A stretch of DNA of 64,000 nt from a virus (IMGVR_UViG_3300002597_000001:32001-96000); one strand, 5' to 3'; numbered from the stretch's first letter, positions 8,883 to 18,321 are shown. Translations and numbers: made by a program. Notes: generated by a model from the sequence alone, not told the origin.

Positions 8883-9192
8883 CTACATAAGCCGGGAAGC
8901 GGCGGTTAAAGCTGCTCAAGATGGCGCGGACAAGTGGGATGGTGGGTTTAATAGAAATCGAGATTCTTATATTGAGTGCGCCATTGATCTGATTCCCGCC
9001 GCTGACGTTGTCGAGGTGGTACATGGGAAGTGGAGGCAAGACAAACAAGGTAAATGGCGATGCTCTGTGTGCAAAGCCGGAAACAACTATGCGTATGCGT
9101 GGGTATTGCAAGACAACTACTGCCCCAACTGCGGTGCGAAGATGAGACCGACATCAATGTCGGGGACAAATGGAGGTGCTGAAAATGGCTGA
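8875..9192 (+). CDS. zinc-ribbon paralog 3
   Basis: YISREAA..PAADVVEVVHGKW..CSVC..YCPNCGAKM. Confidence 0.8.
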   Translation: MTDYISREAAVKAAQDGADKWDGGFNRNRDSYIECAIDLIPAADVVEVVHGKWRQDKQGKWRCSVCKAGNNYAYAWVLQDNYCPNCGAKMRPTSMSGTNGGAENG

Positions 9193-9502
9193 GTATGTAA
9201 AAAGATCTGACGTGCTGGACGCCTCGAAAATCGTGTACATCGAGTACATAGAAGTAGACAGTGAAGGGTATGAGGAAGGCGACGCTGACGACATCCCTGT
9301 TGTTTTCAAACGAGATATCGAGGCCATCCCCGCCGCCGATGTGGTGGAGGTGGTGCATGGGGAGTGGCTATGGTTCGAGGACTGCTCAAATAGCGGACTA
9401 TACTGTTCTGCCTGCCACAAACTCATTCATAAAGTGATGACACCGAAAAAGAAGTTATCTAACTACTGCCCAAACTGCGGAGCAAAGATGGATAAAACCT
9501 AA
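9185..9502 (+). CDS. zinc-ribbon paralog 4
   Basis: PAADVVEVVHGEW..CSAC..YCPNCGAKMD. Confidence 0.8.
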   Translation: MAEYVKRSDVLDASKIVYIEYIEVDSEGYEEGDADDIPVVFKRDIEAIPAADVVEVVHGEWLWFEDCSNSGLYCSACHKLIHKVMTPKKKLSNYCPNCGAKMDKT

Positions 9503-9526
9503 ATTTGATTATAAGGAGGAGCGATA

Positions 9527-10120
9527 ATGCCGACTGGATATACAGCGGGAATTGAAGAAGGGAAGATTACTTCCGGGGCTGAGTTTCTTATGCTATGTGC
9601 TAGGGGTTTTGGAGCTTGTATTGATATGAGGGACGAACCGCTGTCTAAGCCCATCCCTGACAAGTTTCAGCCTAGTGGCTATTACGCAGAAAGTCTGCTT
9701 CGTGCCCAGAGAAAACTCGCAGAATATAAAGCTATGACTCCGACCGAAATACATGAGCAAAACGAGGCTGAATACCAGAAGCGAGTAGAGCAAGAGAAAG
9801 CTCGTCAAGAGAAATATGCGGAGATGTTCTCCAAATATCAAAGCGTCCGTGACGAAGTTGAGCGATGGGTGCCTCCAACGGCTGACCACGATGGGCTTAA
9901 AAAATTCGCACTAGAACAGATTGATATGTGCATGCCTGATTTTAGACCGAGACAAGAGAATATTGAACGTATTTCAGATGATGAGTGGATCACTCAGCGC
10001 ATCGATATGTATTCAAGAGATATTCCGTACTACGAGGAGAGAATCGAAGAAGAGCGAAAGAACTATGAGTCTAAGAATAAATGGATTCGTGATCTTAGAA
10101 AAAGTCTTAACATGAAATAG
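9527..10120 (+). CDS. phage hypothetical protein (MPTGYT start)
   Basis: RBS, 197-aa helical ORF. Confidence 0.8.
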   Translation: MPTGYTAGIEEGKITSGAEFLMLCARGFGACIDMRDEPLSKPIPDKFQPSGYYAESLLRAQRKLAEYKAMTPTEIHEQNEAEYQKRVEQEKARQEKYAEMFSKYQSVRDEVERWVPPTADHDGLKKFALEQIDMCMPDFRPRQENIERISDDEWITQRIDMYSRDIPYYEERIEEERKNYESKNKWIRDLRKSLNMK

Positions 10121-10291
10121 TCTTTTGATAGGAGGATGGTATGCAACTAATTCCAAACGACGCCAGAGGGCCTAAAGAGCCTGATCGATGAAATTGTCGA
10201 GATCTCTATTAAGGCAAGGGGCTGCCTGCGTGAAGGAAGACTATTTGCAGACAACACAATCTGATGAAACATAATTTTGGTGGAGGACATA

Positions 10292-10492
10292 ATGAATTCA
10301 GAAGAAATGGCCGTTATTGAATTTCTTGAGGATGTATATACTGAGGCACACGATGAAGGTGACTGGGTGATGCAGATCAGACTTGCGAGAGCAATCGCCG
10401 CATTCAAAAGCAATCCAGGGGATGCACAGGAGGCTGTGTTCACGGGTGATTTCATCGAAAAATACTACGATGGAGTCTTAGATAAAACGTAA
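10292..10492 (+). CDS. hypothetical protein
   Basis: GGAGG RBS, ATG at 10292. Confidence 0.7.
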   Translation: MNSEEMAVIEFLEDVYTEAHDEGDWVMQIRLARAIAAFKSNPGDAQEAVFTGDFIEKYYDGVLDKT

Positions 10493-10510
10493 CTTTGGTG
10501 AGGTGGAGTA

Positions 10511-10906
10511 ATGAACCTGTATTGGAGAATTTGGTGGTTGCTACGTGATCGGCACATGCGGAAGTATGCCAAACAGCCGCCGTCGATTCAATACGACAGG
10601 CGGTATCACACACATGTCGCCACGGTAAACCCGTCTGAAGATGGCTATATTGAGTATGTTTTGGGAGAGATTACGCAGGGCGGCTTGGTTTATCATTTTA
10701 TGGTTGCTGGAATCGGGCCATTAGGACTGGTGCATATGCATTCGTTTGATGCAGTGCTGAAAATCGCATACGAGGAAGCCGACACGTTCCAGATCCCAGA
10801 TGATTGCCTTGATGAATACAGCCAACAAGAGCTTGAGTTTCTCAAAGCAGTTGTACAGCGGGGGAAATTGGATATGGCAAATTATAAATCAGGAGAACAG
10901 CGATGA
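10511..10906 (+). CDS. hypothetical protein
   Basis: RBS, ORF. Confidence 0.7.
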   Translation: MNLYWRIWWLLRDRHMRKYAKQPPSIQYDRRYHTHVATVNPSEDGYIEYVLGEITQGGLVYHFMVAGIGPLGLVHMHSFDAVLKIAYEEADTFQIPDDCLDEYSQQELEFLKAVVQRGKLDMANYKSGEQR

Positions 10907-11316
10907 TGAATGTGTGGAAGGGGATGTTTCTCCGGTGGAGGTATCCGTCTAATTGGTTGGAAAACATCAGGCAAATCCCACGGTCAATTAGATGGAGTTA
11001 CCAGAGAATTACTCGTGGGTTTGCAGATGTTGATGTGTTCAATCTCGATTGTTATCTTTCTGGTGTCATCATTGGCACTTTAAACCATCTTGCCGACCAC
11101 CACTTCGGAGTGCCTTACAGTTTCAAAGACAGTCCGGACGAATGGACAGCCTGGCTCCGAGAGACCGCAAACAAATTTGAAGAAGCTAATAAAATTGAAG
11201 AAGATTCATACTCTGTTGAATTTGAGCAAGTCAAAGCAGAACATGATAAAGCTGCGGGTTTGCGTAAAGAAGGACTTGAGCGGCTCTCGGAATACTGGGG
11301 ATGTCTATGGGATTGA
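10903..11316 (+). CDS. hypothetical protein
   Basis: ATGA overlap with upstream gene. Confidence 0.72.
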   Translation: MMNVWKGMFLRWRYPSNWLENIRQIPRSIRWSYQRITRGFADVDVFNLDCYLSGVIIGTLNHLADHHFGVPYSFKDSPDEWTAWLRETANKFEEANKIEEDSYSVEFEQVKAEHDKAAGLRKEGLERLSEYWGCLWD

Positions 11317-11334
11317 CGTAGTTAGAGGTGTGTA

Positions 11335-11658
11335 ATGACAAAAGAAGAATTTTTCATAGAGTTTGGAATGCTGCGGCAGAGGCTGGCTAAGGCAATTAAA
11401 TCCACGCTTGCAGAAGACCCGTATTGCAAATCTTACGAGGGCACATGGGAATTGCTTGTCGGATATCCCAGCTACTTTGATGACAAGACAGGAACTGCCC
11501 AGCCTGAATTCTATAGAATCTCCCTTCACTGTTACGTCCTTGGCCCGTATAGACATTATGACTGGGACGGCAGGAGTTGGGGTGAAGCTTTCGAGCAATG
11601 CAAAGCACAGGTTGAAGAATGGATTAAACCATACGAGGAGGATGCAGATGCAATATAA
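11335..11658 (+). CDS. hypothetical protein
   Basis: RBS, ORF. Confidence 0.7.
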   Translation: MTKEEFFIEFGMLRQRLAKAIKSTLAEDPYCKSYEGTWELLVGYPSYFDDKTGTAQPEFYRISLHCYVLGPYRHYDWDGRSWGEAFEQCKAQVEEWIKPYEEDADAI

Positions 11659-12208
11659 AAAGGGTGACAAGTTCACCATTGAAATCACAGATGTCATGAC
11701 CGGAGAGGATGGCAAGACCGTCTACCGGATGAATGACTTCTCCAGTCTGGTGTTTGATGATAAGGGACTGGATCGGCTGGAGAAAAAGGTTGTGGAGCCG
11801 GAGAAGAAAAGCCCGTTTGAGCGAGCTATTGGGGAGCATTATTGGAATATAGGTGGCAATGGAGCTGTAAACCAAGAGTATGACAATGAAACAGAGTACG
11901 AAGACGAAGCACTCAAGGTTGCCAACTACTGCACAGACAGATCCATGATGAAGCAACGCGCACTACATGAAACTCTGAACCGTCTGCTGTGGCGGTATTC
12001 GGAGGAGCATGGTGGAGATCCTGAGTGGGACGGGGAAGCATACCATTGGTATATATATTGTCCTTCAACTGGTGGGCTATTATATACGAACGTTTGGAGC
12101 GCCAAGATTCCTGGGATTGTTTATTTCGGTTCTAAGCAAATTGCAGAGTCAGCCATTAACGACATCATAAAGCCGTTCTTAGCCGACCACCCAGAATTCG
12201 TATGGTGA
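11648..12208 (+). CDS. hypothetical protein
   Basis: GGAGG RBS, overlap with upstream stop. Confidence 0.72.
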   Translation: MQYKKGDKFTIEITDVMTGEDGKTVYRMNDFSSLVFDDKGLDRLEKKVVEPEKKSPFERAIGEHYWNIGGNGAVNQEYDNETEYEDEALKVANYCTDRSMMKQRALHETLNRLLWRYSEEHGGDPEWDGEAYHWYIYCPSTGGLLYTNVWSAKIPGIVYFGSKQIAESAINDIIKPFLADHPEFVW

Positions 12209-12209
12209 G

Positions 12210-12644
12210 GTGTCCATTGTGGTATGTGTAAGCTACGATTGCCCAAGGTACGTAGACTGTGCAAGAACAGAAGGATACGGACAAGTCGAGGCGTTTGCAA
12301 CACATGGCTATGGGTATATTTCGGCAGAAGGAATCGTCGAGCACAATGATTGTGGACCGCTTGGAGGTTATGCGATGTTTAAACCAAAACCAAAGAATAT
12401 GCCCGATTTGAGGGAGGCTGAGTGGATAGATGATCCACACGGCAGCACATACAGAGACGGAAGAAGAATTTTTGTCAAGGTGTGCTCAAAATGCGGCGGC
12501 GCAAATCCGTTCAACATAGTTGGAGAACCGTACTATCCGCAATACTGCTCCGATTGCGGCAGGGCAATGAGAAACAGCCCTGAACTGACGATGAAAGAGA
12601 TATTTGCAGGAGGTGGTTGCGATAGACAGGCTTACAATTCCTAA
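12210..12644 (+). CDS. zinc-ribbon hypothetical protein
   Basis: CSKC..YCSDCGRAM. Confidence 0.7.
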   Translation: MSIVVCVSYDCPRYVDCARTEGYGQVEAFATHGYGYISAEGIVEHNDCGPLGGYAMFKPKPKNMPDLREAEWIDDPHGSTYRDGRRIFVKVCSKCGGANPFNIVGEPYYPQYCSDCGRAMRNSPELTMKEIFAGGGCDRQAYNS

Positions 12645-12945
12645 CTGGGATTATAACGATATGTCATTGGGGACGATTGGGCCATGCCTAGCTCGCCTCG
12701 CAGAATACGAAGATATTGGACTGGAGCCGGATAGAGTTAGGCGATTGGAGCTTGCGTTGCTCTCAATGGTTTACCAGTATTGCAAGGTCGATGATGCTAA
12801 TGGAGACTATTTGAGCCACCGATGGATGGAGGCCGGAGAGGAAGCGTTCGACGTGCTTGAGATAACGAACTTCTCTCCGGCAGAGGATGTTTGGAAGCGA
12901 ATCGAGGAGGCCGAAGCGGCGCTGGGAGGTGATACCAATGTATGA
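12622..12945 (+). CDS. hypothetical protein (RLAEYEDIGLEP motif)
   Basis: GGAGG RBS, probable ATA start. Confidence 0.7.
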   Translation: MDRLTIPNWDYNDMSLGTIGPCLARLAEYEDIGLEPDRVRRLELALLSMVYQYCKVDDANGDYLSHRWMEAGEEAFDVLEITNFSPAEDVWKRIEEAEAALGGDTNV

Positions 12946-13183
12946 GCTGTTATTCAGATCCAGCGACGGTTCTGAGCGTATGATAGCGCAAGTGGAAAAT
13001 GAGGGCAAAGCAACAGAATATATCCACGCTTTCTGCGAGGAGCGAGACTTTAAAATCTACTACACAAGAATGTGGACGGAAGAAGACGGGCGAAAGTGGT
13101 TCGACGTAGGGAGTCACACGGAGTTCTTCATCTTGAGTCCTATACAAGACGTTGTTGGAGGTGGCGAGGATGAACAAAAGTAA
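12938..13183 (+). CDS. hypothetical protein
   Basis: RBS; YYTRMW..DVGSHTEFF. Confidence 0.72.
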   Translation: MYELLFRSSDGSERMIAQVENEGKATEYIHAFCEERDFKIYYTRMWTEEDGRKWFDVGSHTEFFILSPIQDVVGGGEDEQK

Positions 13184-13352
13184 TCTCTGGTTGGCAATTG
13201 CCGGATACATAGTCGCATTGATGTATATTGGGTTGGGAATCCTGCAGGTCGTAGCTGATGAATTCCAGTATGGTTTTATCTTTGCAGTCGCGTGGATTGT
13301 TATTGGCTCAGTTTGGATGCGGCTTTATAAAAAATACAAAACAGATGTTTGA
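13170..13352 (+). CDS. small membrane protein
   Basis: two hydrophobic helices. Confidence 0.65.
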   Translation: MNKSNLWLAIAGYIVALMYIGLGILQVVADEFQYGFIFAVAWIVIGSVWMRLYKKYKTDV

Positions 13353-13367
13353 TGGAGGCGTAGGAAG

Positions 13368-13556
13368 ATGAACACATGGAAAGTATTTTTAGCAAACGCA
13401 TTGGAGAATGTCGCTATCGCCATCTGTATAACTTGTGCAGCTATTCATTTTGAAAAATGGAGACTGCTTTGGTTCTTGATAATCATACTGCTTAATTCCG
13501 TCACGACGACAAACTATAAGGTATCAAAAGTCAGAGGAGGTGATGAACATCAGTAA
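13368..13556 (+). CDS. small membrane protein
   Basis: RBS, hydrophobic. Confidence 0.65.
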   Translation: MNTWKVFLANALENVAIAICITCAAIHFEKWRLLWFLIIILLNSVTTTNYKVSKVRGGDEHQ

Positions 13557-14370
13557 ATGGGTTTGCGAATCTTGTATTTATTACCCGCCGAGTTCAGCAA
13601 ATGGGAAGCCATGCACCCAGTGCAACCCTGACGATCCGTTCTGGAGTTGTTATAGCGAAAAATCGAGCAATCTGAGCCAGATGGATATTGTTTACTTCGT
13701 TAAAGAAGAACCAATCAACGAAGAACTGCGATACTCTCTAAGGTCTGTAGAAAAGAACTTCCCGCACCGGAGGGTATGGTTCTACGGCGGATGCCCCGAT
13801 GATTTACAGCCAGACAGATGGGCCCATATCAAACAGAACGCCAGAAGCAAATGGGGAAACACATCTGGGCTCTTGAGAAACGCTTGTGCCAACGAAGGAA
13901 TCTCTGAGAACTTTGTGCTGTTCAATGACGATTTCTTCGCGATGAGGCCAGTGAATTCTTTGTCATACTACTCTGACGGGCCGCTGGAGGACAGGATTAG
14001 AGAACTATGGTCTCATCATCCAACTGGTTCAGTCTATACAACCAGATTGCAACTCACAAAGAAGATGCTGATGCGGGAACAGCTTCCTACTGAGAACTAT
14101 GCCATGCATATTCCGATGATTATCAATCGCCGTGAGATGCAAGAGACGTTCAAGAAATTTCCCGACGGCGAGATGTGGCGGTCTTTGTATGGCAACCATC
14201 ACAATAAGCCGGTGGAGTACATGAAGGACTGTAAAATCTATAGCCGAGACGAGATGCCGCCCACAGACACGCCGTTTCTCTCCACGACAGACGCAAGTTT
14301 CCTATATGGGAAAGTCGGCGAGTACATCAGAGAGAGATTCCCGAAGCCAAGCAGATTCGAGGAGGTGTGA
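13543..14370 (+). CDS. Stealth-family (hexose-1-phosphate transferase-like) protein with Cys-rich N-terminus
   Basis: DIVY, ELRYSLRSVEKNFP, ISENFVLFNDDFF, HIPMII. Confidence 0.72.
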   Translation: MNISKWVCESCIYYPPSSANGKPCTQCNPDDPFWSCYSEKSSNLSQMDIVYFVKEEPINEELRYSLRSVEKNFPHRRVWFYGGCPDDLQPDRWAHIKQNARSKWGNTSGLLRNACANEGISENFVLFNDDFFAMRPVNSLSYYSDGPLEDRIRELWSHHPTGSVYTTRLQLTKKMLMREQLPTENYAMHIPMIINRREMQETFKKFPDGEMWRSLYGNHHNKPVEYMKDCKIYSRDEMPPTDTPFLSTTDASFLYGKVGEYIRERFPKPSRFEEV

Positions 14371-14696
14371 ACATAGACATCAAGACTAATATCTTTGATA
14401 AAGAAGAGCTACATACAAATTGCACAGTTCAGATACTTTCGAACTCGGCCACGGGGGAAGTTTCCGTTGGCTGGTGGGAGAATCCAGGGTGGGTTAGAGT
14501 GGAAGACCAGCTCCCCGAGATGGGCAAACATGTACTAGTGATGTTTGACGCAGGAGATATGGCCGTAGCGTTTGTATTTGAACGGGATGAGTACTGGTCA
14601 TACTGGAGAGCAGTCACTGATGATGGTTGGACAGCAGATTGTGATTGCGAGCCAATCTGGTGGATGCCATTACCAGAACCGCCAGAGGAGAGATAA
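14367..14696 (+). CDS. DUF551-like protein
   Basis: WVRVEDQLPE...WWMPLPEPP. Confidence 0.75.
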   Translation: MNIDIKTNIFDKEELHTNCTVQILSNSATGEVSVGWWENPGWVRVEDQLPEMGKHVLVMFDAGDMAVAFVFERDEYWSYWRAVTDDGWTADCDCEPIWWMPLPEPPEER

Positions 14697-14721
14697 TGTC
14701 ACAGTTTGTTTACATTTATAT

Positions 14722-14790
14722 CTCATTTGACCTATTGACGAAACACGAAAGATGTGATATATTATACGCAGGAAACCTCATATAGCCTAT
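14722..14790 (+). promoter_or_regulatory. replication-operon promoter with two operator copies
   Basis: CTCATTTGACCTATTGACG..TGTGATATATT..CTCATATAGCCTAT. Confidence 0.75.
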
Positions 14791-14819
14791 ACAGAATCAA
14801 AGATAAAGGAGGAATGCAA

Positions 14820-15242
14820 ATGGGTTTTCGTACAGGAGCTTATGCAACAGTTTGGGAGGTGACTCCTGAGAAGGAATTTAGCACGAAGTTGCAGATTTCG
14901 ATCAGTCGGAAGAATAAGGACGGCGAATACGAACAGGACTTCTCTGGATTTGTGTATGCCAATGGAACCGGCGCGGCGAAGAAGGCAGCGCAGCTTCAGA
15001 AGCAGGATCGTATTCGGCTTGGTGATGTGGATGTGACCACAACCTACAATAAAGAAAAGAAGGTTACCTATACAAATTATAAGGTATACAGCTTCGCCAC
15101 ATCGGATGACGAGAGGTTCAATCTCGGCGCAAAGGAGTTTGTCGCGGCGATCAATAACAACTCTCAGAGCACTGCTGCCAAGCCCGCAAGCAAGCCCGTG
15201 AATGTAGAACCGGAAGTTTCCACAGAAGATGTGCCATGGTGA
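14820..15242 (+). CDS. ssb: single-stranded DNA-binding protein
   Basis: SISRKNKDGEYEQDF, acidic tail EDVPW. Confidence 0.75.
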   Translation: MGFRTGAYATVWEVTPEKEFSTKLQISISRKNKDGEYEQDFSGFVYANGTGAAKKAAQLQKQDRIRLGDVDVTTTYNKEKKVTYTNYKVYSFATSDDERFNLGAKEFVAAINNNSQSTAAKPASKPVNVEPEVSTEDVPW

Positions 15243-16108
15243 GACACGGAGAATCAAAAACAAAGCTCCACAATGTATGGAATTCAATGATCATGAGGTG
15301 TCATAACCCAAATTCCACTGCTTATGCGCACTACGGAGGAAGGGGTATATCCGTATGTGAGGAGTGGAGAGAATATTTGCCATTTGCTGAATGGGCTAAA
15401 TCGAACGGATATCACGAAGGGTTAACAATAGATCGTATAGATGCAAATGGCGATTATTGCCCAGAAAACTGTAGGTGGGCCACGTTTAAAGAACAGGCAA
15501 ATAACAAAACTAATAATCGATACATCACATATTTAGGTGAAACCAAGACGATGTCTCAGTGGAGCGAAATAGTAGGCGTAGATCCAGGAACTATAGCTTT
15601 TAGGCTAGATAATGGTTGGAGCGTTGAAAAAGCTTTGACAACCACACCTCAACACACAGATATAACGTATCGTGGCAAAACAATGTCTGCCGAAGCTTGG
15701 GGGAAAGAAATTGGAATCTCCCCAACAACATTGAGGGGTAGAATGTTACTGGGGTGGAGCGATGATGCTATCATCGAGACTCCTCCAATGTTCAAACAAG
15801 AGGTTGAATACGGCGGGCAGGAAAAACAGGTGTCAGCATGGGCTAGAGCTGTGGGAATGAATCCACAGACACTTTGGAGCAGATTGCGCAAAGGGACCAG
15901 CCTTGAAATTGCGCTTACAACTCCTGTGCAACCCACAACGCACGTCCTCACTACGTCGGACGGAGAATCCCACACGGTTACTGAGTGGAGTAAGATCAGT
16001 AATGTAGACCGCCATACTATTCGAAACAGGCTCAAACGAGGGTGGACTATTGACGAAGCTGTAAGAACGCCTGGGAGAAAGTCAAAAGATGGTGAATCGG
16101 ATGAATAA
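15236..16108 (+). CDS. HNH-type homing endonuclease with four HTH-like repeats
   Basis: RCHNP..YGGRGISVCEEW..TIDRIDANGDYCPENCRWAT; repeated W...G....RL..GW. Confidence 0.85.
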   Translation: MVRHGESKTKLHNVWNSMIMRCHNPNSTAYAHYGGRGISVCEEWREYLPFAEWAKSNGYHEGLTIDRIDANGDYCPENCRWATFKEQANNKTNNRYITYLGETKTMSQWSEIVGVDPGTIAFRLDNGWSVEKALTTTPQHTDITYRGKTMSAEAWGKEIGISPTTLRGRMLLGWSDDAIIETPPMFKQEVEYGGQEKQVSAWARAVGMNPQTLWSRLRKGTSLEIALTTPVQPTTHVLTTSDGESHTVTEWSKISNVDRHTIRNRLKRGWTIDEAVRTPGRKSKDGESDE

Positions 16109-16859
16109 TACAAAAGAATGTTATTCGTTTAGTCGCCTTTCGTCTTTCGAAAATTGCCCATATGGATACTACGAAAGATATATAGGACATAAACCAAGTC
16201 AGAACAACAGCTTCGCCGAATTTGGATCGTATTGTCATTCACTGTTTGAAGCCTATGCCAAAGGAGAATATGAGCTCGACAGTTTAGCTGATATCTATGA
16301 GTTCGGATACTCGGATGCCATTACATGCAAATGGCCTAACAATCGTTTTGTTGACCTTGAATCTAGCTACTACAACGCCGGGAAGAAATTCTTTGAGGAG
16401 TGGGAGGGGTATGACGACTCCTACCACATCCTCGGAGTGGAAGAGGAGTTCACGATTCAGATAGCCGATTTCGATATGACAGGATTCCTTGACCTTGTAT
16501 ACGAAAGAGACTCCAAACTGATCATCCGGGACTACAAATCCAAGGGCGAGATTAAGAAGACGGAGCAACAGCACTACGCTCGGCAACTCTACATATATTC
16601 TGCCTACGTCAAGGAGAAATACGGGAGGTTCCCAGACAAGATCGAGTTCTTCTGCTTCAGAAAAAACCACGTCTTGGAGATTCCGTTCTGTATGGAAGAT
16701 TATTGCGAGGCTATCCAGTGGGCAATTGATATGGTGGCGAAGATACGGAATGAATGGGAGTTTAACAAGACGCCATCGCAATTTTTCTGCTTGAATTTAT
16801 GCAATGTCCGTGGCGAATGTCCCTACGGAAAGTATTGGAGGTGGATGAAAAATAAATAG
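16101..16859 (+). CDS. PD-(D/E)xK RecB/Cas4-like exonuclease
   Basis: YSFSRL..CPY, GFLDLV..IRDYKS, QLYIY, C-terminal CxxxCxxxxxC. Confidence 0.85.
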   Translation: MNNTKECYSFSRLSSFENCPYGYYERYIGHKPSQNNSFAEFGSYCHSLFEAYAKGEYELDSLADIYEFGYSDAITCKWPNNRFVDLESSYYNAGKKFFEEWEGYDDSYHILGVEEEFTIQIADFDMTGFLDLVYERDSKLIIRDYKSKGEIKKTEQQHYARQLYIYSAYVKEKYGRFPDKIEFFCFRKNHVLEIPFCMEDYCEAIQWAIDMVAKIRNEWEFNKTPSQFFCLNLCNVRGECPYGKYWRWMKNK

Positions 16860-16890
16860 AGAACAGAGACGTGCTATCGAGAGGAAAACC

Positions 16891-17211
16891 ATGAAAGAGC
16901 AGAACATTTCTCGTAGCACAGCCAAGAAACTAGTGTATCTTTCTGAGCTGCGAGATAAAGCCAATGCCCCAGAGATCCCAGATGGAACGGCGGTTAAGAT
17001 TGACGCCGCCAGAATCCTAGCGAACCACGGAAATAAGCTGACCAACTACTTGACATATGTCAAGGAGCATCGGGGAGAGGTATTCCATGTGAGTCGGGAT
17101 GACCCGAAAGCAAATAATGCCATGGTGGTACTTACCGAGGACAAGACTCCGGTGAAGTGGTTATGGCACACTAGCGATTTGATTGTAGTAAAGGAGGGAA
17201 ATGATGTATAG
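16891..17211 (+). CDS. hypothetical protein
   Basis: RBS, ORF. Confidence 0.7.
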   Translation: MKEQNISRSTAKKLVYLSELRDKANAPEIPDGTAVKIDAARILANHGNKLTNYLTYVKEHRGEVFHVSRDDPKANNAMVVLTEDKTPVKWLWHTSDLIVVKEGNDV

Positions 17212-17309
17212 CGGAACTGCAACGCTCTTTTTCTTCATACTCGGGGTGATTTTTGGAATTATTGCGCACAAACTGTATTCTGAAACGAATGATGATGGCG
17301 GTGATTGGA

Positions 17310-17666
17310 TTGAATGATATCAAAGTTACGCTCCCGCCAATCAATAGATGGAAAGAAAATATCATCTATGCCGTGGATTTTGACGGGACGCTTTGTTCAA
17401 AGATGTGGCCTATCATCGGGAGCCCAAATCTGGCATTGATTTCCGATTTAATTCTAGCCAGAGAGCTTGGAGATAAGGTGATTCTCTGGACCATGCGGGA
17501 GGGTCAATTGCTGGAAGAAGCAGTTGAATGGTGCATGGAATACGGGCTGGAATTCGACGCCGTGAACGACAACCTCCAGGAACAGCAGGAACTATACGGT
17601 AACAACCCAAGAAAGATTTATGCGGATGTATACATAGATGATCATAACGCATGGATGGAGTGGTAA
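17310..17666 (+). CDS. HAD-superfamily hydrolase
   Basis: AVDFDGTL, LWTMR, RKIYADVYIDD. Confidence 0.85.
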   Translation: MNDIKVTLPPINRWKENIIYAVDFDGTLCSKMWPIIGSPNLALISDLILARELGDKVILWTMREGQLLEEAVEWCMEYGLEFDAVNDNLQEQQELYGNNPRKIYADVYIDDHNAWMEW

Positions 17667-17696
17667 GTATGAAAACGATGTTTGGTGGGTGGTAAT

Positions 17697-18086
17697 TTGA
17701 GGACGAATCTTCTCGAAGAAACAAAAGCAACGCTGGCCGAGTACAACCTTGATCTCAAGGATGTTAGCTGGGTTGGAATTGGTTTGTACCGCATCCCGTG
17801 GGAGGTATTTCGTCGGGTTGCTGACCAGTTCTATGACAATGGTTATGGCGGTGCTGAGGTGAACGAAAACCTAATCGTGTGCGGCGATGATTGGTGGCTT
17901 GAACGCCATGAATATGACGGATCTGAATGGTGGGAGTATAAGACGATGCCAGTGAAACCCGAGTTAGAGCTGGAACGCCCAGAACTACATATATTCCCAA
18001 GCTTCCACCGTAGATTCTATTTTAATTACGATTCTCCGAATGCCGAGATGGAGTTCAAATCCATCTGCTCAGATGAAGATGAATAA
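17697..18086 (+). CDS. hypothetical protein flanked by two 18-bp sites
   Basis: YDNGYGG..WWLERHEYDGSEWWEY. Confidence 0.75.
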   Translation: MRTNLLEETKATLAEYNLDLKDVSWVGIGLYRIPWEVFRRVADQFYDNGYGGAEVNENLIVCGDDWWLERHEYDGSEWWEYKTMPVKPELELERPELHIFPSFHRRFYFNYDSPNAEMEFKSICSDEDE

Positions 18087-18120
18087 TAAAAGACTTATTT
18101 GATAAAGGAGATGATTGCTA

Positions 18121-18321
18121 TTGGCAGTGACGTTGTTTTCGACTGGGTGCCCTAAGTGTAATGTCCTAAAGCAGAAACTTGATGAAAGTGGCGTCCAGTA
18201 CGAGGTTTGCTCTGATACGGACAAGATGATGGAACTTGGCTTTTTGGCTGCACCGATCCTCGAAGTGGACGGCAATTATATGGAGTTCTCCGAAGCGATT
18301 AAATGGGTTAATGCCCAGTAA
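18121..18321 (+). CDS. glutaredoxin/NrdH-like protein
   Basis: CPKC..APILEVDG, directly before nrdD. Confidence 0.8.
   Translation: MAVTLFSTGCPKCNVLKQKLDESGVQYEVCSDTDKMMELGFLAAPILEVDGNYMEFSEAIKWVNAQ

Noticed and set aside
16101-16859. Cas4-like nuclease as a CRISPR component
   Set aside because: Stand-alone in the ssb/replication operon, typical of a phage exonuclease
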